Assembly (NCBI GenBank): GCA_963771885.1
Contig: CAVYVF010000022.1
Location: 96,001 to 160,000 of the forward strand
Length of the DNA stretch: 64,000 nt
Direction: 5' to 3'
From: Candidatus Bathyarchaeota archaeon
GTDB lineage: Archaea; Thermoproteota; Bathyarchaeia; TCS64
Below the pieces are notes generated by a model that was given only the letters and a program-made list of their open reading frames with translations, searched no databases and had not been told where the DNA came from. The stretch's first letter is position 1. Each line of letters opens with the position of its first letter. This document shows, one piece after another, positions 41,035-50,118 of this stretch. The position numbers and the translations under genes were made by a program.

Positions 41035-41655
41035 TTAGACGTAGCCGAGCCAGGCGAGTAAGAGAGGGGTTAACGTTACCTCTATGACAGCGGCTATGAG
41101 GAGTATCGGCGTTATCCTCGTGAGGAACAGTCCGAGGGCAAGTCTTGCCTCCTTCCAGATGTTGCCTTCCCTCCTTAGGGCGTTCATGGCGGCGTATCCG
41201 AGGCTCATACCGATCGCCATGGCGAAGACTATGGCGGGTATCTCAAATATCCCGTGGGGTGTGAGACCGGCGACGATGAATTCCATGCCGTAGATGGAAC
41301 CTAAGCTGTAGGCGATGTAGCCGATGAAGAAGCCGTTGAAGATGACGAAGAATAGGGGTAGGACGCCGCCGATTACTCCGCCTAGCATGAAGAGGAGGCT
41401 CTTGCCAATGTTGTTGACGGCGATGAATGTGAAGAGTTCGGGGAGACTCATTTTTGAGGTGTCGGGAAATGAGCCGAGGATGTCACTCATCGTCGAGGCG
41501 GGAATAGTGTTACCGAGGACGTAGCCCATGCCTAGACTGAAACCGAAGAGGAAGCAGCAGAGGGCGAAGATGGGGACGATTTTTCGCGCATAATCAGCGT
41601 AGGCGCCGAATAATAGACGTTGGAGCCCGCTGGGTCGGGGTTTTGGGTTTGTCAT
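41035..41655 (-). CDS. SpoIIM/DUF95 membrane protein
   Basis: IAVNN, FNG, PHGIFEIPA, AAVIE..TP. Confidence 0.9.
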   Translation of the reverse strand: MTNPKPRPSGLQRLLFGAYADYARKIVPIFALCCFLFGFSLGMGYVLGNTIPASTMSDILGSFPDTSKMSLPELFTFIAVNNIGKSLLFMLGGVIGGVLPLFFVIFNGFFIGYIAYSLGSIYGMEFIVAGLTPHGIFEIPAIVFAMAIGMSLGYAAMNALRREGNIWKEARLALGLFLTRITPILLIAAVIEVTLTPLLLAWLGYV

Positions 41656-41659
41656 CTGC

Positions 41660-41881
41660 CTAGTCTCGTTCTCTCTCCCTGACGCGGGCGGCTCTGATAT
41701 CTCTTTCTAAGACAGTCTTTCTGTTATCCCTGCGGGCGTTCTCGACGGCCGCTTCAGCGATGCGCTGGGCAGCTTCACCGACTGCACGCCTCATCTCCTC
41801 GGCTGCCTCCTCGCTGATCTTGATGTCGCCCTGCTTCTTGATGAGCCTCCTCATCGGCGCCAGTGTGAACTCCTCAGCCAT
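41660..41881 (-). CDS. Archaeal histone (HMf-type fold, divergent)
   Basis: LAPMRRLIK..KISEEA..RKTV..DI histone-fold signature. Confidence 0.88.
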   Translation of the reverse strand: MAEEFTLAPMRRLIKKQGDIKISEEAAEEMRRAVGEAAQRIAEAAVENARRDNRKTVLERDIRAARVRERERD

Positions 41882-41976
41882 CGTCCGCCACTGTGCCTAT
41901 GAGTTGACGGGTTATTGACTCTTTCCGGCGTTAGCTATATAGAGGGGGGCGCAGAACTGAGGATGAGGTTTGGATT

Positions 41977-42168
41977 ATGGCTGATGTTAAAGTTGATCTC
42001 ACTAAGTGTAACGGCGCGGGTGTCTGCGCTGAGGTCTGCCCGATGAACGTCTACGACATGGTTGAGATAGGGGGCAAGAAGAAGGCCCAGCCGACACGGG
42101 CGTCTGACTGCATCCTATGCATGGCCTGCGTGAACGGCTGCCCGCAGGGCGCCTGCACTGTAGAGTAG
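41977..42168 (+). CDS. Dicluster ferredoxin
   Basis: CNGAGVCAEVCP and CILCMACVNGCP. Confidence 0.92.
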   Translation: MADVKVDLTKCNGAGVCAEVCPMNVYDMVEIGGKKKAQPTRASDCILCMACVNGCPQGACTVE

Positions 42169-42210
42169 CCCCTGATACGGTTATTATCAGGGACCCCCCA
42201 TATTCTCGTA

Positions 42211-42894
42211 ATGCTAAACGTCCTCTTCGTAGAAGCCGCGCTTGAGGTCGTCCCCCGGAAGATCAGTCGCCACCCTTCGGTGACGCGAAACGCGAAGAGG
42301 GACGGGAAGAACCCTGAGGGGGTTCTGCTTGATAGAAGCCTCCACCACAGGGCCATGCTTGATCTGCCGGAAGGGGAGAAAAGGGGGAGGCCAGATATCC
42401 TTCACTTCTGCCTTCTTGAGGCGCTGGGTTCTCCACTCAATAAAGTTGGGAGGCTTAAGTCGATGGCACAGAACATTAACGGCGACTTCATAGACTTCGC
42501 CCCGGAGCTAAGGCTCCCCCGAGACTGCAACAGGTTTGATAGCCTCATGGAGCAGCTCTTCGCCGAGAAACGTGTCCCCCCAAGCGACGAGGAGAAGCCT
42601 CTCATGACTCTGGTTAGGAAGAGTCTGAAAAACATAAGGGGGGAGATTAAGCCGAGTAGGACGTTTGCGTTGACTAGCCATGGTAAGGCGGAGAAGCTGG
42701 ATGAGCTGTGCAAGCGGTTGGCGGGTGAGGAGAATCCGCTCATCTTTCTCGGCGCCTATCCTCACGGGGCTATGAGAGAGGAAACTCTCGCTGAGGCGGA
42801 CGAGGCGGTGAGCATCCATGCCGAGGCGCTCGAGGCATGGGTCGTCACATCGCGCCTCGTCTACGAGTATGAGAAGGCTACGGGGCTAGAGTAG
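42211..42894 (+). CDS. nep1: 16S rRNA pseudouridine N1-methyltransferase Nep1/Emg1
   Basis: LLDRSLHH, RGRPDILHFCLL..SPLN, RLPR..RF..LMEQL, GAYPHG. Confidence 0.95.
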   Translation: MLNVLFVEAALEVVPRKISRHPSVTRNAKRDGKNPEGVLLDRSLHHRAMLDLPEGEKRGRPDILHFCLLEALGSPLNKVGRLKSMAQNINGDFIDFAPELRLPRDCNRFDSLMEQLFAEKRVPPSDEEKPLMTLVRKSLKNIRGEIKPSRTFALTSHGKAEKLDELCKRLAGEENPLIFLGAYPHGAMREETLAEADEAVSIHAEALEAWVVTSRLVYEYEKATGLE

Positions 42895-43530
42895 CTTCGA
42901 GGCGAACTCGTTTAAATCGTGCACGACGCCTTCACCGCTGAGTTCACCGCTCCTGTCGAGATGGTATGCTTCGACGCCGAGCTTCTTCGGCGCTCGATAA
43001 TCGAACTCCTCGTGGTCGCCGACATGGGCTAGCTCTTCAGGCTTTATTGCGAGTTCGTCGCAGACACGCTGGTAGAAGTCGGGAGCCTTCTTGACCGCGT
43101 TGAAGTCGGTTGGCGCTGAAAAGACCTTACTGAAGGGGTAGTCTATGCAGCCGAGCTGTATCTGTAGGAACTCGCGTATAGTGTTAGATGAGATTATGAG
43201 AGGATACTTTTTTCCTAGTCGGTTTAAGGCGGGCTGGGCGTCAGGGTATACTCGGCACTCTGTCTTTCGGCGTTGAGGGAGGTTGCGCCAATAATGGGGG
43301 AGCCCGAGTCGCCTCCACCAGTAACCCATGTCGTACCACTCTGGGCGCCCCTCGCCAATCTCCGCGTACTCCGCGAATACCTTCCTCCTCGCCTCCTCGA
43401 GGGGGAGCCCGTGCGCTTCAGCGTAGAGGGCAGGAATGTCCCCCTCCCATATCTGCTTGCTATAACTGTGGTCGACGAGGGTTCCCTCCATGTCGAAGCT
43501 GATAACTTTACATTTCCTAAGAGAATTCAA
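42886..43530 (-). CDS. HAD-superfamily hydrolase
   Basis: SFDMEGTLVD, SSN, K, HVGDHEEFD. Confidence 0.9.
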   Translation of the reverse strand: MNSLRKCKVISFDMEGTLVDHSYSKQIWEGDIPALYAEAHGLPLEEARRKVFAEYAEIGEGRPEWYDMGYWWRRLGLPHYWRNLPQRRKTECRVYPDAQPALNRLGKKYPLIISSNTIREFLQIQLGCIDYPFSKVFSAPTDFNAVKKAPDFYQRVCDELAIKPEELAHVGDHEEFDYRAPKKLGVEAYHLDRSGELSGEGVVHDLNEFASKLL

Positions 43531-43978
43531 GACTATAACCCGTGCTAAGCCCTTCAGGAAGAGTGAGACCTCGCGGAATTTTACACTTATGCTCTGCCAG
43601 ATGCAAGATTCTAGAATGTTCTTTGGTGTCGCTAGTCTTACTTCACAGGCTCAAAGTGGGAGTAAGGTTCAGTGGTCGACGGCGCGCGCCCATTGGGATT
43701 GTTATTTATATTCTATTTGTCTTTTATTATTCTTAGATAAATAGGGATTATGTGATTATCATTTTATCAATATCTTTTATTTATTTCTTATGGGGTTTAC
43801 ACTTAATGAGAGATGTTCATCTCTAATTCAGATATGATTTGCAGTGAAAAATTTGCGGTAAAAAATGTCCCACAATGGCGCAATTTGACGCTTTTTGGCA
43901 GTTTTCGATGGATGACTTGCCTGTTTCTAGCCTCTTTTCCGGAAAGGGGTTATAAAAAACGTTTTCAGGTGCATAATC

Positions 43979-44269
43979 ATGCCCATTTCTGACGCTGGTA
44001 GGCGTCGCCGAGCCAGGAGGAGACGTGTTTTTGAGCTTAGATTGATGTGTTGGACCGTTGATCGAATAGCTGCTGAGCTGGGTGTTTGCGAGAAGACGGT
44101 TGACCGTGATATCGCCACACCTGGCGTACAAGCTAGACTGAAGGAGGCTGAGCGGCGGTCACGCCGAAGAACCGCGGAGATGTGGCGGATATCCACGGAA
44201 AACCTATCCCTCGCTCAACGGGATCAGCTGCTCGGGCTTCTGATGAAGCCTATGAGGCGTCGACATTAA
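43979..44269 (+). CDS. HTH DNA-binding protein, mobile-element type
   Basis: TVDRIAAELGVCEKTVDRDI HTH; BRE-TATA gaaagggg-TTATAAA upstream. Confidence 0.7.
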   Translation: MPISDAGRRRRARRRRVFELRLMCWTVDRIAAELGVCEKTVDRDIATPGVQARLKEAERRSRRRTAEMWRISTENLSLAQRDQLLGLLMKPMRRRH

Positions 44270-44294
44270 TACACATTCCTTCAAGTTGCCTACT
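44264..44294 (+). repeat. 31 bp direct repeat, copy 1
   Basis: CATTAATACACATTCCTTCAAGTTGCCTACT; 2 mismatches to 48888-48918. Confidence 0.9.
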
Positions 44295-44485
44295 CGCGCG
44301 CGAAGTGGGCTTGAGTACGTCAACTAGATACGGGGAATTCACATTTACATGAAGCGATAATAGAGTTTTTTAACACATTACATCTATCGTAAAAACTTGA
44401 CCACTACCTCGACCATCGACGAATAATGCGGGCTCTTCAGTAAATGGCGGAATTAACTGAGTAATTAGGACTGCACGTGCGCAGA

Positions 44486-45376
44486 TTAAGGTTTAATTTG
44501 AAATGTACCCGTATAAAACGCTGATCTTGCCAACTCAACGTCGACTTGCAGCTTTAACATTACATTATATACTTCATTTAAACCAACTTCATCTAGTTTC
44601 GGCTCATTATTAGAACCTATGAGATCGACTTTGTTAAGTTCCATAAGATCTTTATTAAGAACACGCAAAGAGTCTACTTGGATCCTTGTTATGTTATTAT
44701 AATTATAATTGTTCTTGAGTATGAGATATGTCATGTAGACGTTATTCCAATCATTCAGGAATGACCTAAGGTCATCAGCCGCGAATTTTATTTGAGTAAG
44801 TTTTTCGCTGCTAGGATCAATGAGTTGAACGATTTCATCGTAATTTGCCGATAATTCACCCGCATATTCCAAGAGATTTCTCTGAGTCAGAAAATCGATC
44901 TTTTCCTCAGCTACAGTAGCATTCAAGATACCCGTCATTTTATTCGTCAAGTTCCGGTTTTCAGCTAGCACATTTACTAAAATTGAGGATTCCTTACTGC
45001 TTAAACGGTTGAAGTTTACGAAGAGAAAAATGTTAGATAATATTAAGATTACAATTATGAAGACCGCAAAGAATTTAATTCTGCCCATTAGCTTCTGCGA
45101 CTCTATTGTCTTCTGCGACATTTCTACGTTCGAAATCAAGTTTAACGCGGCTTCTCCGAACGTTGTCAGGTGGTAATGACCCTCATCATTCTTAGCGATG
45201 AGATCCCCCATATTTTCGAGGTGGTAGTTGAGGAAACCCGTTGTAACCTGCAGTCTGTTAAGCAGACCAGTGTATTGTATCTTTCCATCGGAGAGTATTC
45301 TCAGGATCATTCTCCTAACGGGGTGCCGTAGGGCCGAGAATATCCTTGAGTACGTGTCCTCTTCGAAATCGGTCAA
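44486..45376 (-). CDS. Membrane-anchored winged-helix (ArsR-like) regulator with extracytoplasmic domain
   Basis: FSALRHPVRRMIL..LNYHLE..YHLTTFG wHTH, one TM (FFAVFIIVILILSNIFLFV), helical C-terminal domain; TTG start inferred. Confidence 0.85.
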   Translation of the reverse strand: MTDFEEDTYSRIFSALRHPVRRMILRILSDGKIQYTGLLNRLQVTTGFLNYHLENMGDLIAKNDEGHYHLTTFGEAALNLISNVEMSQKTIESQKLMGRIKFFAVFIIVILILSNIFLFVNFNRLSSKESSILVNVLAENRNLTNKMTGILNATVAEEKIDFLTQRNLLEYAGELSANYDEIVQLIDPSSEKLTQIKFAADDLRSFLNDWNNVYMTYLILKNNYNYNNITRIQVDSLRVLNKDLMELNKVDLIGSNNEPKLDEVGLNEVYNVMLKLQVDVELARSAFYTGTFQIKP

Positions 45377-45417
45377 ATCACTCTTATTGAAGTTGCCGGA
45401 GTCTCTAAATAAGTTTC

Positions 45418-45485
45418 TTTGAAAGGATTTCTTGTCAAAATTGTGCAAGTTCCTCTTGAAATCTTTGACAAGGATTGTTTTCAAA
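45418..45485. promoter_or_regulatory. 68 bp palindromic operator with two TTTGAmA-N8-TkTCAAA sites
   Basis: TTTGAAAGGATTTCTTGTCAAA (45418-45439) and TTTGACAAGGATTGTTTTCAAA (45464-45485), just upstream of TATA-like cttaaagg. Confidence 0.65.
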
Positions 45486-45530
45486 ATCTCTTAAAGGTAT
45501 AGTCGATGGGTAGTTTTACGGGTGAAGTAG

Positions 45531-46013
45531 TTGAATACCCGCAGGAAAGCAGGCATGTTGGTAGGTTTGGTGTTCGTGTTAGTTGTTTCGTCCATGGCAG
45601 GTCTTTTCCCTGCCAAGGCTACTGACACGTACATTTACGCGGAGCCCGATCAAGGGTCTTTTTATACGATAGACTATTCGGTTTCGGGGCCGATCGATGG
45701 TACGACGGTAGTTAAACCTCTCGTTACTTATACTTACATTCCGATCAGCGGCACACTAACGCATGATCAGGGTTGGCAATCATCTAACTATACTCCTTAC
45801 GCGATAAGTGTGAGAATGAGTAGCGTGACGACCGGCTATACCCTGACTTGCTCAATCATATCCGGCGGAGTGACAAGGTGGTCGGGAGAGCTTGGGAGCG
45901 GTCAGAGTTCGCCCACAATAACGGTTAACGGAGCAACAACCTATGTAAGGCTATTGAATCAGAACTCTGCAACTGTCTCCTATTCGGGCACAATCACGCT
46001 GGTGAACAACTGA
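45531..46013 (+). CDS. Secreted beta-rich hypothetical protein
   Basis: Signal peptide ending PAKA; Ser/Thr/Tyr-rich; related to 63216 ORF. Confidence 0.75.
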   Translation: MNTRRKAGMLVGLVFVLVVSSMAGLFPAKATDTYIYAEPDQGSFYTIDYSVSGPIDGTTVVKPLVTYTYIPISGTLTHDQGWQSSNYTPYAISVRMSSVTTGYTLTCSIISGGVTRWSGELGSGQSSPTITVNGATTYVRLLNQNSATVSYSGTITLVNN

Positions 46014-46018
46014 ACGAG

Positions 46019-46582
46019 TTGATAGATGTGAAAAAGACCTCGAATTACGTAAAAGCGTTGTTAGTGGCAGCGCCATTCATTTTCATAGGCATGCTGGCGC
46101 TTCTGCCTCCCCAACAACTCGATACAGTTGGCACACAAGTTCTTTCGGCTAGTGATGTTGAAAACCCTGAGACAGCTAAGCAATATGGAATTAAGGGCTA
46201 TGTTAAAGTAACATCCACCAATGAAGAAAAAACAATTATCTGTAAACCTGGAGACACCGTGACAATATTTGGTACAATCGAATACGTTTCTTATTCAGTC
46301 GATAGACCGACAACAACTATCAACGTCAACTTAGCTGACGATAGTCACGTCATGAGACAGGGATTAGGAGATGGAAAAGGCGAAATTAGGATAAACGATT
46401 ACGCCGCTTATGACTTAGCTGGGGAATACACCCTTGTACACGATACACCACTTTCGTACAAACTAACGATTAATATTCCCGAAACCTTCCCACAGACCGA
46501 TTTTTCTCCGTCCTGTATGGGCATTACATCTTCAGTATTCTTAATCAATGACATTGGAGTGACAATTAATGTTCAAAAGTAG
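46019..46582 (+). CDS. Membrane-anchored/secreted protein, Ig-like beta sandwich suspected
   Basis: N-terminal hydrophobic helix, alternating beta-strand pattern. Confidence 0.7.
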   Translation: MIDVKKTSNYVKALLVAAPFIFIGMLALLPPQQLDTVGTQVLSASDVENPETAKQYGIKGYVKVTSTNEEKTIICKPGDTVTIFGTIEYVSYSVDRPTTTINVNLADDSHVMRQGLGDGKGEIRINDYAAYDLAGEYTLVHDTPLSYKLTINIPETFPQTDFSPSCMGITSSVFLINDIGVTINVQK

Positions 46583-47441
46583 AATAATCTTAATAACTAC
46601 GATAGTCGCGATGATGTGCCTACCCTCTGTGTTGGCATATCATCCATATATGGGGGCTTACTTCAACCAAACACCAGGAACAACGAACAAGGTAATATTT
46701 GATACTAACTTCGTAAGTGTAAGTGGAGCTAACTTTGGGAGTAATTGGCTGGCAGGTGTCGTATCAATTTCCGGTGGCGGCGGTGCTGGTGGAACTAGTC
46801 CAACTGGGTTCATCTACCAGAATGGTTTCCTTTTACATAGTAATAACAATGTAGAGTGGGCACCTCAGTACTGGTATCTTAATTCCCAAGTGAATGGTTA
46901 TTCAGATGGCAATGTTGGGACGTATACCTATCAGTTTTTCTTTGGTAGAATTGACTACGATTCTGCTAACAGTAGGATTTACTATAGACGTTGGTGTTAC
47001 TCCACAGCATATAATGTTGAGCATGATATTTATACAACAGATGATTGGGAGCATTCAATACCGGCCGGTGATACTAACTTCTTATATGGTGTGGATACAG
47101 GTTACTCTCCCTCTATAAAATATGCGCAGATGGGTGCTGAAGCTACTGCAAATATTACTAATGTAAATTGGAAAAACCAAGACGGGCATTTCAGCGTCTA
47201 CGTTTCTAATGCATGGCGTTATTACGCTGGGCTTTCAACCAGAGGTTCAAACGCGGTTTGTACACGCGTTGGAGGTACTCGCGCCAAAATTGGCGGGTTG
47301 AACCTATTATGTGATAAATATAACAGCGGCACCCAGGTGGTAACTTGGTATTATAATGGCGCTAACATGTTAGCAGAAGGGACAAGCCTCTGGGCTGGTT
47401 CTGGAACAACGAGCCCCATTGTGCAAACGCCATTTAATTAA
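46569..47441 (+). CDS. Secreted beta-rich hypothetical protein
   Basis: Signal peptide ending SVLA; Gly/Asn/Tyr/Trp-rich; overlaps upstream gene. Confidence 0.75.
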   Translation: MFKSRIILITTIVAMMCLPSVLAYHPYMGAYFNQTPGTTNKVIFDTNFVSVSGANFGSNWLAGVVSISGGGGAGGTSPTGFIYQNGFLLHSNNNVEWAPQYWYLNSQVNGYSDGNVGTYTYQFFFGRIDYDSANSRIYYRRWCYSTAYNVEHDIYTTDDWEHSIPAGDTNFLYGVDTGYSPSIKYAQMGAEATANITNVNWKNQDGHFSVYVSNAWRYYAGLSTRGSNAVCTRVGGTRAKIGGLNLLCDKYNSGTQVVTWYYNGANMLAEGTSLWAGSGTTSPIVQTPFN

Positions 47442-47483
47442 TCATTGCGCGCGCATGAGTGAAAGTTGGAGTGTAGATTCAAC

Positions 47484-48041
47484 ATGAAGGTTTTAAAAAT
47501 TGGAAGAGCGAAGCAGTATGCTGTTCTCGTTGTTTTCGCCACTCTTATCTTTTCGATGGCAACACAGATTGTATCAGCATTCTATACCCTGGGGGTAAGT
47601 TGGAGTGGTAGCGTCAATCCACTGTACTACTACGATAATGATGGCTATACAGAAACAACAAGCGCAGCTTCGAGCTGGGCTGTAACTGGGGTATTTTCTT
47701 ATAGCTCAGGTACAAGTGCATCTCCAATTCATGTACATAGTGCCAGAGTAACGGGAGTAGCCTGGGATGGACAAAGTGATATTTCCGGATTTGGAACTAC
47801 AATTACCGATGTTCAAACCATTATCAATACCTACTACTGCGATTCGTATAGCTCCGCTGCAAGAAAGAGTGTCATTTGCCATGAGTTAGGACACGCACTT
47901 GGTTTAAATGAAAATCCTGACATTGAAGTTGTACGTAGCGTAATGAATCCTTACACATTCGGCGATTACTCACGATACGGTTATTGGGCGATTTCGAGTC
48001 CAACAACTGATGACTTTAATGGAGTAAATTATATCTATTGA
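47484..48041 (+). CDS. Secreted metzincin (matrixin/M10-like) metalloprotease
   Basis: Signal peptide, HELGHALGLNE zinc motif, SVMNP Met-turn, DDFNGVNYIY end. Confidence 0.85.
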   Translation: MKVLKIGRAKQYAVLVVFATLIFSMATQIVSAFYTLGVSWSGSVNPLYYYDNDGYTETTSAASSWAVTGVFSYSSGTSASPIHVHSARVTGVAWDGQSDISGFGTTITDVQTIINTYYCDSYSSAARKSVICHELGHALGLNENPDIEVVRSVMNPYTFGDYSRYGYWAISSPTTDDFNGVNYIY

Positions 48042-48053
48042 GGTGAATTAAAG

Positions 48054-48611
48054 ATGAAAAAATATCTTTTACTTTGTAGTATCCTCCTAACAATTACCAT
48101 GGTAGCAGCTTTTTCTGCGATGTCGACTATACCAATGAAAACCGTGACATCTACTGCGAGCTGGGCAATTGGTTACAGAGATATTCCCTCACTTACTAAC
48201 GGCGCCAGTACCGTCATAATGGGGACAGTAATTTCAGAAAAGACCTATAAAGTCAATTATGGTGCTGATTTTATTATTTTCACAAACTATACCATTGCAG
48301 TGTCTAATGTTTACAAAGGTGATGTATTGGAAAATATTATCGTAAAACAAACAGGGGGACTGTTTGAAAACACTCTCTATACTATCGAAGATGATCCGCT
48401 TTTCCCCTCGAGCACTCCGATGATACTTTTCTTAGAACAATTCGGTCCTAACAGTTACTTTATAATCGGTGGTCCCCAAGGGCGGTTCCATGTTGTCAAT
48501 GATAGGGTGTACTCGGTAGGAGAGTTAGAAAACTCCGCAACTGGAACAACAAGTCGACTCAAAACATCAGGAATTTCTTTTAATGAGTTTGTGAAACAAA
48601 TTGGTCCTTAA
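48054..48611 (+). CDS. Secreted protein, putative NTR/TIMP-like OB fold
   Basis: Signal peptide; ASTVIMGTV..TNYTIAVSNVYKG..VKQTGG..ILFL..GGPQGRF; RBS gaggtga. Confidence 0.7.
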   Translation: MKKYLLLCSILLTITMVAAFSAMSTIPMKTVTSTASWAIGYRDIPSLTNGASTVIMGTVISEKTYKVNYGADFIIFTNYTIAVSNVYKGDVLENIIVKQTGGLFENTLYTIEDDPLFPSSTPMILFLEQFGPNSYFIIGGPQGRFHVVNDRVYSVGELENSATGTTSRLKTSGISFNEFVKQIGP

Positions 48612-48887
48612 TTAGGTTCAACTGCCAGTTGATTTTAATTAAAAACTTCTTATTTAGAATATCCTATCCGACGATATTTTCAGTTCGTAATGTCCGACGC
48701 AGATTTTACAGAACCGATACGCGCGCGGGCAGGTTCGAAAGCCAGACCGCATTATGCGCCGAGCTAGAGGAAACATTGTAGGAAATGATCATGGTTAAAC
48801 TCTATCTGATCGGCGGTATCCCTCGCGACCCTCGCCAAGGTCACAAGATCCTCATCCGCGATGCACACGCAGCCGATGAGAAAACGG

Positions 48888-48918
48888 CATTAATACACAT
48901 TTCTTCAAGTTACCTACT
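48888..48918 (+). repeat. 31 bp direct repeat, copy 2
   Basis: CATTAATACACATTTCTTCAAGTTACCTACT; preceded by AGCCGATGAG similar to AGCCTATGAG before copy 1. Confidence 0.9.
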
Positions 48919-48937
48919 TCGAATCGCGCATTCATTT

Positions 48938-49264
48938 CTAGAGAGTGGCTGTCTTTAGTGTCTCGATGACTGTGAACTCATATACGACGACATCTCTCGC
49001 TGGCTCCCAGGAACCATAGATGCTGATCCACTTCTGCTTGAACTCCGCGAGGCTGTCGAAGCCCTCCAGATATGCCTCCTCCTCGGTGACCTCCCCGAGG
49101 CTCTGGCGGTATCTCTTCGTTATCCTGAAGTGGCGGCTCGTTGACTCGGTTCTGCTGACTTGGATAGAATAGACTTTTCCGACACTGAGGAGCCTTGTGT
49201 GTGTTCTCCTGGTCTGGGTTTTCCTCCCCGATAGGATGAGTGGGAGGAACTCTTTCTTGAACAT
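48938..49264 (-). CDS. ASCH-domain protein
   Basis: FKKEFLPLILSGRKTQTRR (GxKxxTxR), EEAYLEGF, VVVYEF. Confidence 0.9.
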   Translation of the reverse strand: MFKKEFLPLILSGRKTQTRRTHTRLLSVGKVYSIQVSRTESTSRHFRITKRYRQSLGEVTEEEAYLEGFDSLAEFKQKWISIYGSWEPARDVVVYEFTVIETLKTATL

Positions 49265-49716
49265 CAAGGCGCTCCGCCTCCGCATCTATATATGTCTCTG
49301 AGGACGATGAGCTTCGCCTGGTAGAAGTACCCGCCCTCCCGTAGCTCCTGCCTGGTTGGGGGCGTGATGTTCTCTGTGTGTCCCTTGTGGAAGTCGGCTG
49401 CGTGTAGCTCCTCAGCCTTCTCCCATATCTGTGCCCTGACCCTTGGCCAGAACTTGCCAGCCATCAGGAGTCGCCTCAGGGAGTCTCCTGGTAGTTGGCG
49501 CCACCTAGGCGGTTTGCCTCCCGGTAGAAGCTGCGTCTCGAGCTCTAGCGCCTTACCCTGGACAGTGACTGCTATCTCTTCGAGACTCGGGGAGTGTCCG
49601 AGGGTTAAGTCGGATTCGTCGATGCTTACCTCGGCCTCTTGGGTGAGCTCGTCGCGGTACTTCTTCTCGGCGTCGGGGAGGCGTACGTTTAAGCGGACCC
49701 GATAGGTGACGATCAT
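49264..49716 (-). CDS. Hypothetical protein
   Basis: ATGA-coupled start at 49716 with RBS gaggagg. Confidence 0.6.
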   Translation of the reverse strand: MIVTYRVRLNVRLPDAEKKYRDELTQEAEVSIDESDLTLGHSPSLEEIAVTVQGKALELETQLLPGGKPPRWRQLPGDSLRRLLMAGKFWPRVRAQIWEKAEELHAADFHKGHTENITPPTRQELREGGYFYQAKLIVLRDIYRCGGGAP

Positions 49717-49871
49717 TTCTTTGCCTCCTCTCCTGTGTCGACTACTGTGTCGATGGTGACTTTGCCTTCCCTGATTCTCCTGATTCCTTCCTCGATTGCC
49801 TCCTCCCTGGAGGCTGCGGTTACGGTGATTGTGCAAAGGTCCACCCACCAGGGCGTCTTCTTCCCGGTCAT
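49713..49871 (-). CDS. Small hypothetical protein (52 aa)
   Basis: MTGKKTPWWVDLCTITVTAASREEAIEEG...; ATGA overlaps at both ends. Confidence 0.6.
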   Translation of the reverse strand: MTGKKTPWWVDLCTITVTAASREEAIEEGIRRIREGKVTIDTVVDTGEEAKK

Positions 49872-50117
49872 GGTTTCCGCCTCCGGTCTCCGTAGGGGCA
49901 GCTGCCACAGTCACTTGGGCAGTTCCCGTTGGCGATCGCGTGGTAGCAGTTTATGATGTTCTCTTTGGCTCGCTCGTCGGGGCACTTATTCGCGCATTGA
50001 GTGCATCCGTCTGCTTGGCAGAGGTCCGGGATGCGTCTGAAGGCAATTCTTGAAGCTCATTATGCAGACGTGTCCGTCGTTCTGCGGGCAGCTCAAGTTC
50101 TCACATGGTAGGCTCAT
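49868..50117 (-). CDS. Small Cys-rich protein (frameshift near 50035)
   Basis: MSLPCENLSCPQNDGHVC...LCQADGCTQCANKCPDE...CPSDCGSCPY in two frames; RBS ggagg. Confidence 0.55.
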
Positions 50118-50118
50118 C

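Noticed and set aside
48728..48745. GCAGGTTCGAAAGCC as another tRNA/att remnant
   Set aside because: Only the T-loop-like core matches; no paired T-stem or acceptor strand.
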